A stretch of DNA of 47,116 nt from a virus (Duplodnaviria > Caudoviricetes), in the IMG/VR virus record IMGVR_UViG_3300010361_000017, positions 1 to 47,116 of that record, one strand, 5' to 3'. Under the pieces are notes generated by a model. It was not told where the DNA came from. It ran no database searches and saw nothing but the letters and a program-made list of their open reading frames with translations. Shown piece after piece: positions 34,031 through 44,400 of the stretch; the first letter of the stretch is position 1; each line of letters begins with the position of its first letter. A program made the position numbers and the translations under genes.

Positions 34031-34906
34031 ATGCCCTTAGCAGCGATTGCAATTGCAGGAGCGGTGACTGCAGGTACCGGACTTTACGAAGCGGTAAAGG
34101 GTCCGACAAAGACACCTCCACCTCAGTTCATCTATGGGAACCCTAACGTTCCCATGGGTCCTTTGCAAAACGCTTTCCTGTACGGTAACCCAGGCGGACC
34201 TAACAGTCCCTCTATTGGTCAGCCTCCAGGTGCGGGTGCATACCGTGGAGGTGGTGGTCTTGCTGGTCTGACCGCCCTAAGCAACCTGAACAAAGGCGGG
34301 ATCTCTCCTGGAGGAGGCATCGTAGGCGGCGGTATCACAGGTCTCAACACCCTTCAAGGAATCGCACAAGGGACTGCAGGCCCACAGTTCCAGAACGTCT
34401 GGTCTGCTATCCAAGCCGCCCAACAACGTTATATCAGCGAGGGTCAGGCCAACCTCACCGAGCAATTCGGCGCGATGGGTCTTCGTTACAGCACCCCTCT
34501 TGCAAACGCACTGATCGATTATAAGAGTCAGGTGGCTGCCCAAGGAACCGAACTTCTTGGTAAACTCGGTATGCAACAAGAGGAGCTCTCGATGAGCGCA
34601 GGTAGCAGCCTGGCCGGCCTTCTCGCCCAGGCCTCTGGCGCTTTCTATCAACCAGGTTATGCACCTTCAAGTGCACCGGGTCTCCTATCAGCAGGTGCTG
34701 GTCTCCTTAGTACTGCAGGTATGATGTCGATGGGTGGCGATAGCGGAACACCAAGTGTGATTCCTCCCGGCAGCAGTCCGATGCCTAACCCAACTGGTTT
34801 CAACCCACTTACGGGTAACGTAATGCCGATTTGGCAGTACCCCGCTGCTCTCCCAATTCCCACCAACCCTTATCTTAACGCGCCATCAGCTTACGGAGGT
34901 GTCTAA
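34031..34906 (+). CDS. putative internal virion (ejection) protein
   Basis: G/A/Q-rich with hydrophobic N-terminus; position after the GNAT. Confidence 0.6.
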   Translation: MPLAAIAIAGAVTAGTGLYEAVKGPTKTPPPQFIYGNPNVPMGPLQNAFLYGNPGGPNSPSIGQPPGAGAYRGGGGLAGLTALSNLNKGGISPGGGIVGGGITGLNTLQGIAQGTAGPQFQNVWSAIQAAQQRYISEGQANLTEQFGAMGLRYSTPLANALIDYKSQVAAQGTELLGKLGMQQEELSMSAGSSLAGLLAQASGAFYQPGYAPSSAPGLLSAGAGLLSTAGMMSMGGDSGTPSVIPPGSSPMPNPTGFNPLTGNVMPIWQYPAALPIPTNPYLNAPSAYGGV

Positions 34907-36198
34907 TGGGTGTAAACATCAGTCCGGTACCTGCAGGTGCCCTACCCTACAAGGAGGGATTTGGTCAAGCGATGGGTGACGCAATGCAAAGCGTCGCCAC
35001 CACGATCTCGAACTACTACCTCCAGAAGAAGCAGATGGCACAGCAGAGTGCCGACACCCAGATCAAACTGATGCAGATGGGGCTTGGAGGAGATCCAAAA
35101 ACCCTGATCAAGTCCCTCAAACAGGGCTACAACATCCCGGTGACCGAGGACAGCGTCCGTGCAATGCAAGCACAGCAACAGGCAACGATCCAAGCCCAAC
35201 AGCAGCAGGCACAGGCTCAGCTTCAAGAGTCCCAGGCAAAGATCAAGGAGATCCAGGACCAGCAGGCTTGGAGGAAACAAGTCGGTGAGGCCTTCGCCTC
35301 TAAGGACCCTTACAAGATCATGCAAACCGTTAGGCAGGGTCAGGTGGAGGGCTTCGCAGATCCGCGCTTGGACATCATGCAGCACCTTGCAGAGCAAGAC
35401 TTGACGCCTGACCAACTAAAGGGCGTCCTGAAAATGAAGGAGCTTCAGGAAAGCGGACAAATGGACTGGGCCAAGATGACGATGAACATTCTGGCTGACC
35501 CCGAAGCTGTGAAGCAATACGGCGGTCCGCAGAACGTCGCGAAGATTGTGGAGGGGGTTAAACAATCAGCACTTACAGGTGCGCCCCTACCTGACATCAA
35601 GATGGGATATGGTCGTCAGGACCTCCAGACTGCGATTGAGTACAGTCGGGAATACGGCACGGACCTTTCAACGGCCCTACTTGAAACTCAGCACCCCGAC
35701 CTCGCTGTCAAAAACCGCAAGCCGCTCAGCGCGGAGCTCGAAAGGCAACGTACTCAGGCTGAGCTTGCGACTCAAGCAGCCGAGTTGAAACAGATCAACG
35801 AGAACATTAAACGTATGCCAACTGTTGAGCAGGCACAGGCTCAACACAAGGCAGCAACTGAACATATGGAGGCCCTTACCACGGAGGAAAAGGCACAGAC
35901 TGACTATCTGAATGCAATCAAGACACCTAGTGTTCAGGAAAAGCTCAAGGACAAGACCACACAGGAGCGTCTGGCGTTTTACAAGATGGCACTGTCAAGC
36001 ACAAAGAACGCGGACGAAAAGGTTAAGGTTGTTAAAGCGGCAGCGGACGAACTTAAGATTCCAGTCGAGGTCGTCAGTCACTTCCTCGGGCTTGGGACAC
36101 CAACCCTAGACTTCCCGGGTGGAGTGAGCATTCCTTCTCAAACCGGTCCACCTGAAGGGGTTGACCCCGAAACCTGGAAGCACATTCAAGGACAGTAA
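34906..36198 (+). CDS. putative internal virion (ejection) protein
   Basis: Q/A/K-rich coiled coil, 430 aa. Confidence 0.6.
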   Translation: MGVNISPVPAGALPYKEGFGQAMGDAMQSVATTISNYYLQKKQMAQQSADTQIKLMQMGLGGDPKTLIKSLKQGYNIPVTEDSVRAMQAQQQATIQAQQQQAQAQLQESQAKIKEIQDQQAWRKQVGEAFASKDPYKIMQTVRQGQVEGFADPRLDIMQHLAEQDLTPDQLKGVLKMKELQESGQMDWAKMTMNILADPEAVKQYGGPQNVAKIVEGVKQSALTGAPLPDIKMGYGRQDLQTAIEYSREYGTDLSTALLETQHPDLAVKNRKPLSAELERQRTQAELATQAAELKQINENIKRMPTVEQAQAQHKAATEHMEALTTEEKAQTDYLNAIKTPSVQEKLKDKTTQERLAFYKMALSSTKNADEKVKVVKAAADELKIPVEVVSHFLGLGTPTLDFPGGVSIPSQTGPPEGVDPETWKHIQGQ

Positions 36199-36201
36199 AC
36201 C

Positions 36202-39200
36202 ATGGGCGCTTGGTCACAAATCGCAGCTGGGCTTCAGGACGTTGATCTTGATACCTACAACCAGAAGCGTAGCGAGTACTTCGACAGCGTCGTTAAACCT
36301 CGGTTGAGGCCACAGGACGTAGGTAAGTACCGCGGCGTTTTCATGGCGAATACAACACGTACAGCCCACCTTGACGGTCAATCCATTCGCCATCTCGAGG
36401 CAGCTCATGCAGGTGCCTCTGTCCTTCAAGGTATGCTGGAGCAGACCATCAACGGGCTTAAGTTAATCGGTGAACCTACCAGTGAACGCGGTGCTCGAAC
36501 CCTCGACTGGCTAACGGGTCATGTTAACAACCTCCAGCGGTACCGTGACAAGCTAGGTAACATCTACTCACGTGAAAAGGGAACGGAGTACTTCCCCTTA
36601 CCTGCTGTAGGTGGACTTCCCTTCAAAGTCTTATCCTTGAGTCCACGTGAACGCCTTGGGGTGTCGGACACCGTTGCAAACCAGGTACCTCAACTAGCAC
36701 TCTGGGAGCTGACTGGTGGACCTGCACTGAAGATCCTTGAGGAAACAAAGGATTTCGGTACCGTCGGTAACATCATCCGGAACACCCTGGGTGTGGGTGC
36801 CCTCCAAGGTGCCATGAGTGCAGCAGGTGCGGATCCCGGACAGCGTTGGCATGAAGGGATAAAAGGTGCAACCTGGGGAGCCGGACTGACAGCCGGTACA
36901 AGTCTTGCAGGGTACGGTATCCTCCGCTCACTCCAAAACCGCCTGCTTCGAGCTGGAGTCGACACCCCAGCCGATGAACTAATGCAGCACCTTGCACTCG
37001 GTAACAAGATCGACCCGCGTGCCGAGAAGGAGATCTCCACCGAGATGGCACAAGGGATGGAGGGCGCGAAGCGTGAGGCCCGCCCAATCAGTGTGGTATC
37101 AAACAAGAACATCAAGGGCGTTTGGGTACGTAGCATAATGCCGGATGGAAACATTCGTCACCAACAGATCGTTCCGGGTAACGAACGTGTGGCTGCACTT
37201 GACCTCCTCGAAAAGTCTGCCTTCCAAGGACTTAACGTCCAGGAGATTCAACACAGCCCAAGGTCGCTTAAGGACGCACTTCGGTTTCAAGGAATCTTAG
37301 GTGAGGAGATTGCCCGGAAGTCAAGGATCAAGACCCTCATTCGTGTCACTCCCGGCAGCGCACAGAAGGTTGCAGACGATCTGACCGCCAGCGGAGTCCC
37401 TGCAGAACCTCACGGTGCGGATAAAGTCCAGGTACATGTAGTCGCAGAACCTGCACCACCCTCACTCCCAAAACTGGAGGAACGTCCACCCCTCACCCCT
37501 GAAAGCGAACCTGGTGCGTTTGGTGAAGCCCTCTGGCCCTTCACAACCCCTAAAAGCGTGGTTCGGGACACCTTCGAAAAGCTCCAGCGGCCCTGGCCGG
37601 GTGTCCCTCAAGGCCGTAACACAACTCCTCAGTACCTGATCAAGCATCTCCAGCAACTCACAGATGCAGATAACACCGAGCTCCCTACCGTGATCAACAT
37701 GATCAAGCAGATCCCAGACATGGAGTTCAGATCGGTTGGAGGTGAAGGGACCGCTGTTTTTAACCAGACGGACCGCGACATCCTGATGCAGTTTGCAAGC
37801 GATATCCGTAACAGCACACGTCCTGCAGGTATTTCCAAACCGGCGTATGAACGAAGCGGACTCCTCGGTTACATCGCAGATGCTACGGGAGCAAGGGGTA
37901 ACCCACCAGGTGAGCCAGCGAGTAAGAACATCTGGGATGTTGTGGTCCGAGGGATCTACAAGGAGAGTATTCAGGGTCCGGCAACCCCTGAGGAGGCCGA
38001 AAGCAGGCAGCGTTGGCGAAACGCCGCAGGTCTAAAGCACGAAGAGGAGATGGAGTTCATCGAAACCACACAGTACCTTTCGGGTACGGGTGTCCCCGGT
38101 TTGATGACTCGTGATCGTGCGCTCAGGAACCTGATTGAAAAGTATCCGAGTGCAATCGAAAGCGTACTTCGTGCTCCCGAAGTACCCGAGGACCTAAAGT
38201 CTCAGCTCAGACCACTTGCAGTAGCAAAATCCGAGGAGATCAGCAGGATTAAGCGACGTGGAAGTCCTGCACAGCCGCCCAATCCGGCCGAACAGATTCG
38301 GTTCAGCGTTGCAGAGGGAGGTACCACAGGGCAGTTTGTCGCCACCAACCAAAAGGGTAAGGTTCTTGGAAGTAGCGATAACATGCAGGAACTCCTTAAT
38401 CGACACGGACATGTGACCTTCCCGGTCTACCCTGCAGGTGAAACTCCGGTTGCAGATCAGCTCCACAAGGTACCTGATGCACCGAAGGGTCTGATCACCA
38501 AACTGTTCGGCGGCGGCAAACTGTTCGGTAGCATCGAAGACATCAAGAACCCTGCAGAAGCTCGGATGGCAGTTGGTTCACTTGCGCGAAAAGGTTACAG
38601 CGTTAAGGCGCTTCCGGGTTGGGAACCTGGTCGAGCCGAGCTCCTCTACTTCAAGGAAGGGATGGACCAAAGTGCTGTAGACCGCGTCGCAAAGCTGTAC
38701 GAACGGGATATCCTAAGTCAGCGTGAACCCTGGAAGTATCAACCGCTCAACCCGGATGAACACAGAGTCCTGGGTCGTGCGTTCGGTATCGATCCAAAGG
38801 AGATCGATAGTTTCCTTGACTACAGCGCAAAGTATCCCAGGGTACGTGGATCCGCAGCCGTCGCCGAAGCGCAGATGCGACGGGGTAGGCCCGCCTACCT
38901 GAACATGTCAAAGGGTGACATCGGAAAGCGAAGTGGTGGCACCTCCGCGTTCTACATGCAACCAGGCAGCCAGAAGAGTTTCTGGGGATATGAGGTCCCT
39001 GGACTTCCAAAGGACTACCCCTTGATTGTCACAACGGAGCTTGCAAGTCCTGGGAGTGTCTTTCACGAGCTTGTCCATGACAACCTGTTCAACTTCCAAA
39101 CCTACCACCGCCTGATGAGCGATCCCAATCTAAAGGTGATCAACGAAATCGCAGACAGTAAGTACATCGGTAACCGGTACCATAACTACCCCCGTACCCT

Positions 39201-42021
39201 TAGGGCAGAGGAGGCAGTTGCCCACGCCTTCGAAGCCATCCATACCGGTGACATGGACATGCTCACCAAACTTGCAGAAGCGGATACCGACATGCGTTCG
39301 GTTCTCGATATGGCAAACGAGGTGGCTGCTCAGATGCGTGAGCGTTCCGGGAGGATGCCTGACAGCGCTATTGGGCGTTCGATGAAAGGCATGGGGTTTG
39401 ACATCGGTGTCAGGACTGACCGTGGACGTGAGGGCGCTTTCCGCCGGGCAGCCGCTCGCCAAGGGGAGACGTTCGACGCGATCGATATCAACCCGGATGG
39501 TTCGGTAACGGTGCACAACCAAGGCAGGGTCCAAACGTTTTCCGACATGCACGAAGCCTTCAATCACTACCTTAAGTATGACCCTTACATCGCCGGGCCT
39601 AACATGGGAGGAATCTTCGAGACGGTTACCCGCGGTTCAATCAACCCTATCGTCCCGGATGGCCACGAACCGTTCACCACCGATCCAAGCGACCTCCCCA
39701 GCCCTGAGGCCCTCCCTGAAGGTGGACTGGACGCTCTGGCACATTTTGTAGTCTCTGATTGGGTTCGTCCACCCTTTCAGTGGTTAAACGATCTCCATAT
39801 CAGCCTGAACAAACGTTATGTTGGTGAGGGGAAGTACATCCCGCTGTACGAAACATTCTCCAAGATCTTCGACAAACAGCGTGACTACGAGACCCAAAGC
39901 CACCAGATGGGGACTAAACTATTCGAGTTCTACAAGAATTTCGAGCCTAAACAAGGACATGAGATTACCCGTTGGCTTGCACACAGCAGTGGGTTCGACC
40001 GCCAGAAGCTCGAGCAGCTGTATCAGTTCACTCCCGAGCAGGTGGGTCACCTTAAAGGTCTTGAGAGCTGGCTAAACACCGAAGCGAAGGAGATGACGGG
40101 TGGTCGTGTCGATCTCGTGCAGTATCTCCAGAACGAAGGCGAGCGCCTCCGCGGTCACGGTTTCGATGCAGACAAAGTATGGGGAGTCCGTAAAAAGGGA
40201 GATACCTCTCAAGCCGGGTTCTTCGAGAAACACATCCGAGTGGACGAGGACCTCCGTCCTGAAGAGGGTCATATCGGGCGTTTTGCCTACCGTGCACTGC
40301 AACTCGGTATCCGCGACAAACTAATGGAAAAAGACCTGTTCGATGCTAGGGAGATGCTCAAGCTACGGGACAAAGACAAAAAGAGCCTCCTAGGTCCTCC
40401 TGTACGTTCACTCAGGAACTACCTTGACTACATGGACCGGAAACCCGACATTACCCGAACCTTAATGAACCAACTTGCAAGCGGGCTGTTTCAACACATG
40501 AACGACAAGATCGAAAGCATCAACAAAGTGATGCCTGAAGGTTGGAAGATCCCGAAGATCGACACCCCAGGTTACAACTTCTGGAATTATTACATCATGC
40601 TACACTACAGCGCCGGCCTGGCCTTTCGACCGGTAGTCTGGGTGCGTGATGCATCTCAGGGTTTCCTGACTAACTTCCCGACCTTGGGTCCGGAGTACTT
40701 CGCAAAAGGGATCCGTGCGTTTGCAGATGCAGACCTACGAAAGCTCCCGGGTCAACACGGTGTCCTCCTAAACCGCGGTAACATCGGTGATATGTTCGGG
40801 GATGTCTCTGATGAGATCCCTCCGCAACGTGTCAAACCTTTCCTTGAACGTCTCCTATCAATGAACAGTGGTGCACACAACATCGATAGGTCTGTGGCCT
40901 TCCTTGGTCAGCGTCAACGCGCCCTCGATGCCTTCACAAAGTGGTTTGGGGGAGGTTACGGTGGAGCCGTGGGTCACGGAGGTGGCGATCTCGACAAGGC
41001 GATCATCGACAGCGGACTGTGGTTCTTCGATGAGATGAGGATCGCACAGTACAAGCGGGAACTTCTAAAGCCCTGGCTCAGTGAGGACCTTGCGGCTTAT
41101 GATCGCACCCTTACGAAGTTTCGGGCGGAACAGGAGGGTGGACGTAACACCCTGGCAGGAAAAGCCGAACAGCTCAGGTTAAGGATGGAAAAGGCAGGCA
41201 CTCAAAGCGAGAGGAACGCTTACCGGACCGAACTAGAAGACGCAGAGAAACAACTTAAACGACACGACGCCGTGGTCAAACGTATGGAGGATCAGCGATC
41301 TAAGGTCGAAGCAACCGCCAAGCTTGACTTTAAGGATCGGCTCGAGGAACTGGTCCATAAGACCGCACGTGACTACGTGGACCTGACCCAATGGCCCTAC
41401 CGTACCGGTACCCAACCAGGACTTCTCAGGACCGGTGCAGGTAGGCTGTTCGGGATGTACGGCGTCTGGTCAGCCCACTACCGCGAATTCCTTTGGAGGA
41501 TGGGTAAGCGTTTTGCTTGGGACAGCGTCCCTTCAGTCGAACAGGGTGCCGAGTACGGTAAAAGGGAGGTGAGGAATCCCTACCGTATGGCTGCACTTAA
41601 AACAGCCGCCTATTGGGCTGCTGCGAGTTACACGCTTCAAGACCAGGTCTTCAAACGCCTTGGTGTGGACACCCACAAGTGGTTCTGGCATCATGGAGCT
41701 GCAGGTATAGGTGCCCTGCCACTCAGCGAAACCGCAAAGACGATCATCGATGCGGGCGCTCACGCACTTGAAGGTGATACACCTGAAGGGCGTAAGGCAC
41801 GTAGGGGACTTTATGAGTACCCGTTTAACTTCCTACCGGGGAGTGCTGCCATTCGGTGGACCGCAAAAGTCACGAAGAAGGTCCTGGATGGTGAGGAAGT
41901 GAACCCACTTGAATGGCTCGGATTTCAACCCTTAAAGGACCTTAATGCCGACCAGGACCTCATCGATAGCCTAGAGGAGGAGTTCGGAACATCACCACCT
42001 AAGAAAGGAGGAACACAATGA
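36202..42021 (+). CDS. large internal virion / polyvalent protein with zincin-like HExxH motif
   Basis: 1939 aa; VFHELVH followed by EEAVAHAFE. Confidence 0.7.
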   Translation: MGAWSQIAAGLQDVDLDTYNQKRSEYFDSVVKPRLRPQDVGKYRGVFMANTTRTAHLDGQSIRHLEAAHAGASVLQGMLEQTINGLKLIGEPTSERGARTLDWLTGHVNNLQRYRDKLGNIYSREKGTEYFPLPAVGGLPFKVLSLSPRERLGVSDTVANQVPQLALWELTGGPALKILEETKDFGTVGNIIRNTLGVGALQGAMSAAGADPGQRWHEGIKGATWGAGLTAGTSLAGYGILRSLQNRLLRAGVDTPADELMQHLALGNKIDPRAEKEISTEMAQGMEGAKREARPISVVSNKNIKGVWVRSIMPDGNIRHQQIVPGNERVAALDLLEKSAFQGLNVQEIQHSPRSLKDALRFQGILGEEIARKSRIKTLIRVTPGSAQKVADDLTASGVPAEPHGADKVQVHVVAEPAPPSLPKLEERPPLTPESEPGAFGEALWPFTTPKSVVRDTFEKLQRPWPGVPQGRNTTPQYLIKHLQQLTDADNTELPTVINMIKQIPDMEFRSVGGEGTAVFNQTDRDILMQFASDIRNSTRPAGISKPAYERSGLLGYIADATGARGNPPGEPASKNIWDVVVRGIYKESIQGPATPEEAESRQRWRNAAGLKHEEEMEFIETTQYLSGTGVPGLMTRDRALRNLIEKYPSAIESVLRAPEVPEDLKSQLRPLAVAKSEEISRIKRRGSPAQPPNPAEQIRFSVAEGGTTGQFVATNQKGKVLGSSDNMQELLNRHGHVTFPVYPAGETPVADQLHKVPDAPKGLITKLFGGGKLFGSIEDIKNPAEARMAVGSLARKGYSVKALPGWEPGRAELLYFKEGMDQSAVDRVAKLYERDILSQREPWKYQPLNPDEHRVLGRAFGIDPKEIDSFLDYSAKYPRVRGSAAVAEAQMRRGRPAYLNMSKGDIGKRSGGTSAFYMQPGSQKSFWGYEVPGLPKDYPLIVTTELASPGSVFHELVHDNLFNFQTYHRLMSDPNLKVINEIADSKYIGNRYHNYPRTLRAEEAVAHAFEAIHTGDMDMLTKLAEADTDMRSVLDMANEVAAQMRERSGRMPDSAIGRSMKGMGFDIGVRTDRGREGAFRRAAARQGETFDAIDINPDGSVTVHNQGRVQTFSDMHEAFNHYLKYDPYIAGPNMGGIFETVTRGSINPIVPDGHEPFTTDPSDLPSPEALPEGGLDALAHFVVSDWVRPPFQWLNDLHISLNKRYVGEGKYIPLYETFSKIFDKQRDYETQSHQMGTKLFEFYKNFEPKQGHEITRWLAHSSGFDRQKLEQLYQFTPEQVGHLKGLESWLNTEAKEMTGGRVDLVQYLQNEGERLRGHGFDADKVWGVRKKGDTSQAGFFEKHIRVDEDLRPEEGHIGRFAYRALQLGIRDKLMEKDLFDAREMLKLRDKDKKSLLGPPVRSLRNYLDYMDRKPDITRTLMNQLASGLFQHMNDKIESINKVMPEGWKIPKIDTPGYNFWNYYIMLHYSAGLAFRPVVWVRDASQGFLTNFPTLGPEYFAKGIRAFADADLRKLPGQHGVLLNRGNIGDMFGDVSDEIPPQRVKPFLERLLSMNSGAHNIDRSVAFLGQRQRALDAFTKWFGGGYGGAVGHGGGDLDKAIIDSGLWFFDEMRIAQYKRELLKPWLSEDLAAYDRTLTKFRAEQEGGRNTLAGKAEQLRLRMEKAGTQSERNAYRTELEDAEKQLKRHDAVVKRMEDQRSKVEATAKLDFKDRLEELVHKTARDYVDLTQWPYRTGTQPGLLRTGAGRLFGMYGVWSAHYREFLWRMGKRFAWDSVPSVEQGAEYGKREVRNPYRMAALKTAAYWAAASYTLQDQVFKRLGVDTHKWFWHHGAAGIGALPLSETAKTIIDAGAHALEGDTPEGRKARRGLYEYPFNFLPGSAAIRWTAKVTKKVLDGEEVNPLEWLGFQPLKDLNADQDLIDSLEEEFGTSPPKKGGTQ

Positions 42022-42215
42022 GTAGGTCGTTAACAGAGGTGAAGCAAAGCGGAAGCAGTGATCTCGCAAAACCAATCAAGGGTGCGGTAAACGACCCGCA
42101 TCCCGGACCTAACAAAACGTGGACGATTAAGAACGCTGTAACTAACGCATCGGATAGTTCCGGGAATCACGCACAAAAGATCCCTGGAACAGTCAGCTGC
42201 CCGCAAGACTACTGA
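42018..42215 (+). CDS. 65-aa hydrophilic peptide
   Basis: AAGGAGG SD; ATGA overlap. Confidence 0.7.
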   Translation: MSRSLTEVKQSGSSDLAKPIKGAVNDPHPGPNKTWTIKNAVTNASDSSGNHAQKIPGTVSCPQDY

Positions 42216-42226
42216 AAGGAGACACT

Positions 42227-42619
42227 TTGAAGATCCTAATCGAAACAATCCCACATCGTGAACAGCGGTACGAAACCATCGGCGACTGGCAATGGGAAGG
42301 ACCTGATGCACTTAGGATCCGGGTCAGTGACCTAGGTGACTGGCGAATGAACCTCCTGGTTGCACGTCACGAACTCGACGAGGCGATGCTTTGCAAGCTC
42401 GAGGGAGTAACCCAAGAGGCCGTGGACCAGTATGATTTCACTCACCCTGAAGCCGGCGGCGACTGTTTCTCAGACGATCTTGACGCCCCTTACAGCGGGG
42501 CACACAACGCAGCACTTGCAGCAGAATACACACTGTCCAGGCTTCTCGGCGTGGACTGGAAGGAGTACGACCGGTGCGTTTCCTCTTTATTAGCTCCTAT
42601 GGCGACGGCGCAGGAGTAG
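42227..42619 (+). CDS. small zincin-like metalloprotein (HExxE)
   Basis: QRYETIGDW, ARHELDE, APYSGAH; TTG start after AAGGAG. Confidence 0.65.
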   Translation: MKILIETIPHREQRYETIGDWQWEGPDALRIRVSDLGDWRMNLLVARHELDEAMLCKLEGVTQEAVDQYDFTHPEAGGDCFSDDLDAPYSGAHNAALAAEYTLSRLLGVDWKEYDRCVSSLLAPMATAQE

Positions 42620-43863
42620 CCTATCGGGTACAAGAGGAAGGGAATGAAGTCGCCCTTTGGATCAAACGGGAAACCCACCTTCCCAAGAAGCTCATGTACA
42701 ACGGGATCGTGCCTCGTGTGGACAAATGGGAGAACTTCCTCACGCGCCCAGGGGAAACCGTGGTGGTCTTCGATAGCACTGGCGGGGGCAAAACGGCTGA
42801 ACGCCTCCGCCAGCAGGGCCATCCGGTGTTTAACGGATCCTTTTGGGCTGACCAGATGGAGGAGAACAGGGAGTATGGGATTGAAGTGATGACCGAGTGT
42901 GGAATCAGGGTGCCGGAATATCGGACCTTTACCAGCCTGGAGGAAGGTCAGGCTTGGTGTCGGAGTCACAAGGATAAGATCTGGTGTTTTAAGCCTAGCG
43001 GTCACATTCCATCTTACCTGACCTACATCCCAACTGACGTCGAAGACATGATCCAATACTTTGACTACCTGAAACTAGCCCTCAAAGGTGAGCCCATCAC
43101 CTTCGAGCTTCAGGAGTACAAGGAGGGGCTTGCGGTGTCCACGGAGGCTTGGTGTGACGGGCGTCGCTTTGTACCCCCCTTTAATCACACCCTCGAGAAG
43201 AAGCGGTACTCAGACAGCGATCTTGGAGTCAGCACCGGTTGTGCAGGTAACGTAGTCTGGATGGAAACGAAACAGTGTGAAACGGTTCAGCGCGGTATCG
43301 GCCTGGCTGAACGTGTCTGTGTCGAGAACGGTTACATCGGTGCCATCGACCTGAATATGATTGTCAACCGAGAGGGTCACTGGGGACTTGAGTGGACTAT
43401 CGGGCGGTTTGGTTACGATGCAATCAGCGCTTTCCTGCGGCTCTACAAGGGTAACTTCAGCAAGGTCCTGAGCGACTTCGCACGTGGTCAATGGCCTGAA
43501 GGTGAGGGTCTGGACATCATCGAGAACCGTTTCGCAGGCGCCCTCCGTCTTAGTATACCTCCCAGTCCGGATGAGGAACATCCCAGCGGACCGGGTGTTC
43601 CCCTCCGTGGCTTTAAGCGTGAGGACCTCCCCTCATGTTACTTCTACGAGGTGATGGAAGACCCTGTGACCAAACACTTCGTGAGCTCGGGAGGTTACGG
43701 TGCTATTGTTTCGGCTTCAGGGATTGCACTAAGCCCACGTGAGTCGATGGAAAACGGCTACCGAATCTGTGAGGGTGCCATGGTACCGAACAAGCACTAC
43801 CGAACGGACCTCCGTGAGGAGTTCGAAAAGGCCTATGGTGAGTTCGCCTCGTTGGGGCTTTGA
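42574..43863 (+). CDS. PurD-like ATP-grasp ligase
   Basis: GIRVPEYRTF, FKPSG, LQEYKEG, EKKR...TGCAG, IDLNMI, LEWTIGRFGY, C-terminal YRTDL; lacks the PurD GxGGREH motif. Confidence 0.8.
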   Translation: MRFLFISSYGDGAGVAYRVQEEGNEVALWIKRETHLPKKLMYNGIVPRVDKWENFLTRPGETVVVFDSTGGGKTAERLRQQGHPVFNGSFWADQMEENREYGIEVMTECGIRVPEYRTFTSLEEGQAWCRSHKDKIWCFKPSGHIPSYLTYIPTDVEDMIQYFDYLKLALKGEPITFELQEYKEGLAVSTEAWCDGRRFVPPFNHTLEKKRYSDSDLGVSTGCAGNVVWMETKQCETVQRGIGLAERVCVENGYIGAIDLNMIVNREGHWGLEWTIGRFGYDAISAFLRLYKGNFSKVLSDFARGQWPEGEGLDIIENRFAGALRLSIPPSPDEEHPSGPGVPLRGFKREDLPSCYFYEVMEDPVTKHFVSSGGYGAIVSASGIALSPRESMENGYRICEGAMVPNKHYRTDLREEFEKAYGEFASLGL

Positions 43864-44156
43864 ATCTCCACGAGGGTACCCAAGACCTCCTTGTCTTCTA
43901 GGATCAGAAGCGCCCGGCCTTGGACGGTGATCAAAGTGCCAGCATGTCGGCTAAAAAGCACAATATCCCCGATGTCGAAGTCAACCTCACCAATAGCAAC
44001 CACAAGTCCGGTGGTTGGGGGTAGTGCCGTGTACTTCTCTCGGTAGGCATCCGGAATTTCAAGGTCGACCTCCCGCATCCTGCGTTCCTCAATCGTTTCT
44101 GCTTCATGTGGTTCTACTGCAAGCCGCGGGCCATTCGGAATGAATTTAAGTTCCAT
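43833..44156 (-). CDS. groES: co-chaperonin GroES-like protein
   Basis: FIPNGPRLAVE, TGLVVAIG, IGDIVLFSRHAGT, LILEDKEVLG. Confidence 0.85.
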   Translation of the reverse strand: MELKFIPNGPRLAVEPHEAETIEERRMREVDLEIPDAYREKYTALPPTTGLVVAIGEVDFDIGDIVLFSRHAGTLITVQGRALLILEDKEVLGTLVEIQSPNEANSP

Positions 44157-44400
44157 GATCCTCCTTTATGGTGAATGCCGTCACATCAGTGACCCCTTCT
44201 GGGTTGACAAAGTCCTGAACCGAAACCTCCGTTAGTACAAAGGTAACCCGACCTGTCCGGCAATTCTTGAGCTCGTGAACGGTCTCCTCCTGGGTGTACA
44301 GCTCCTCGGTTCCAGGGTACCTTCGGAGGCTGATCTGCCTACATATCCGCACACACCTATGTGGTGCGCCTTGACTCTCTACAATGTCACCTAGGTTCAA
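44146..44400 (-). CDS. hypothetical protein
   Basis: TTG 44400 after GGAGGTGG. Confidence 0.55.
   Translation of the reverse strand: MNLGDIVESQGAPHRCVRICRQISLRRYPGTEELYTQEETVHELKNCRTGRVTFVLTEVSVQDFVNPEGVTDVTAFTIKEDHGT

Noticed and set aside
42574-43863. PurZ / Z-base system or bona fide purD
   Set aside because: ATP-grasp pattern rather than PurA-like; PurD substrate motif missing.
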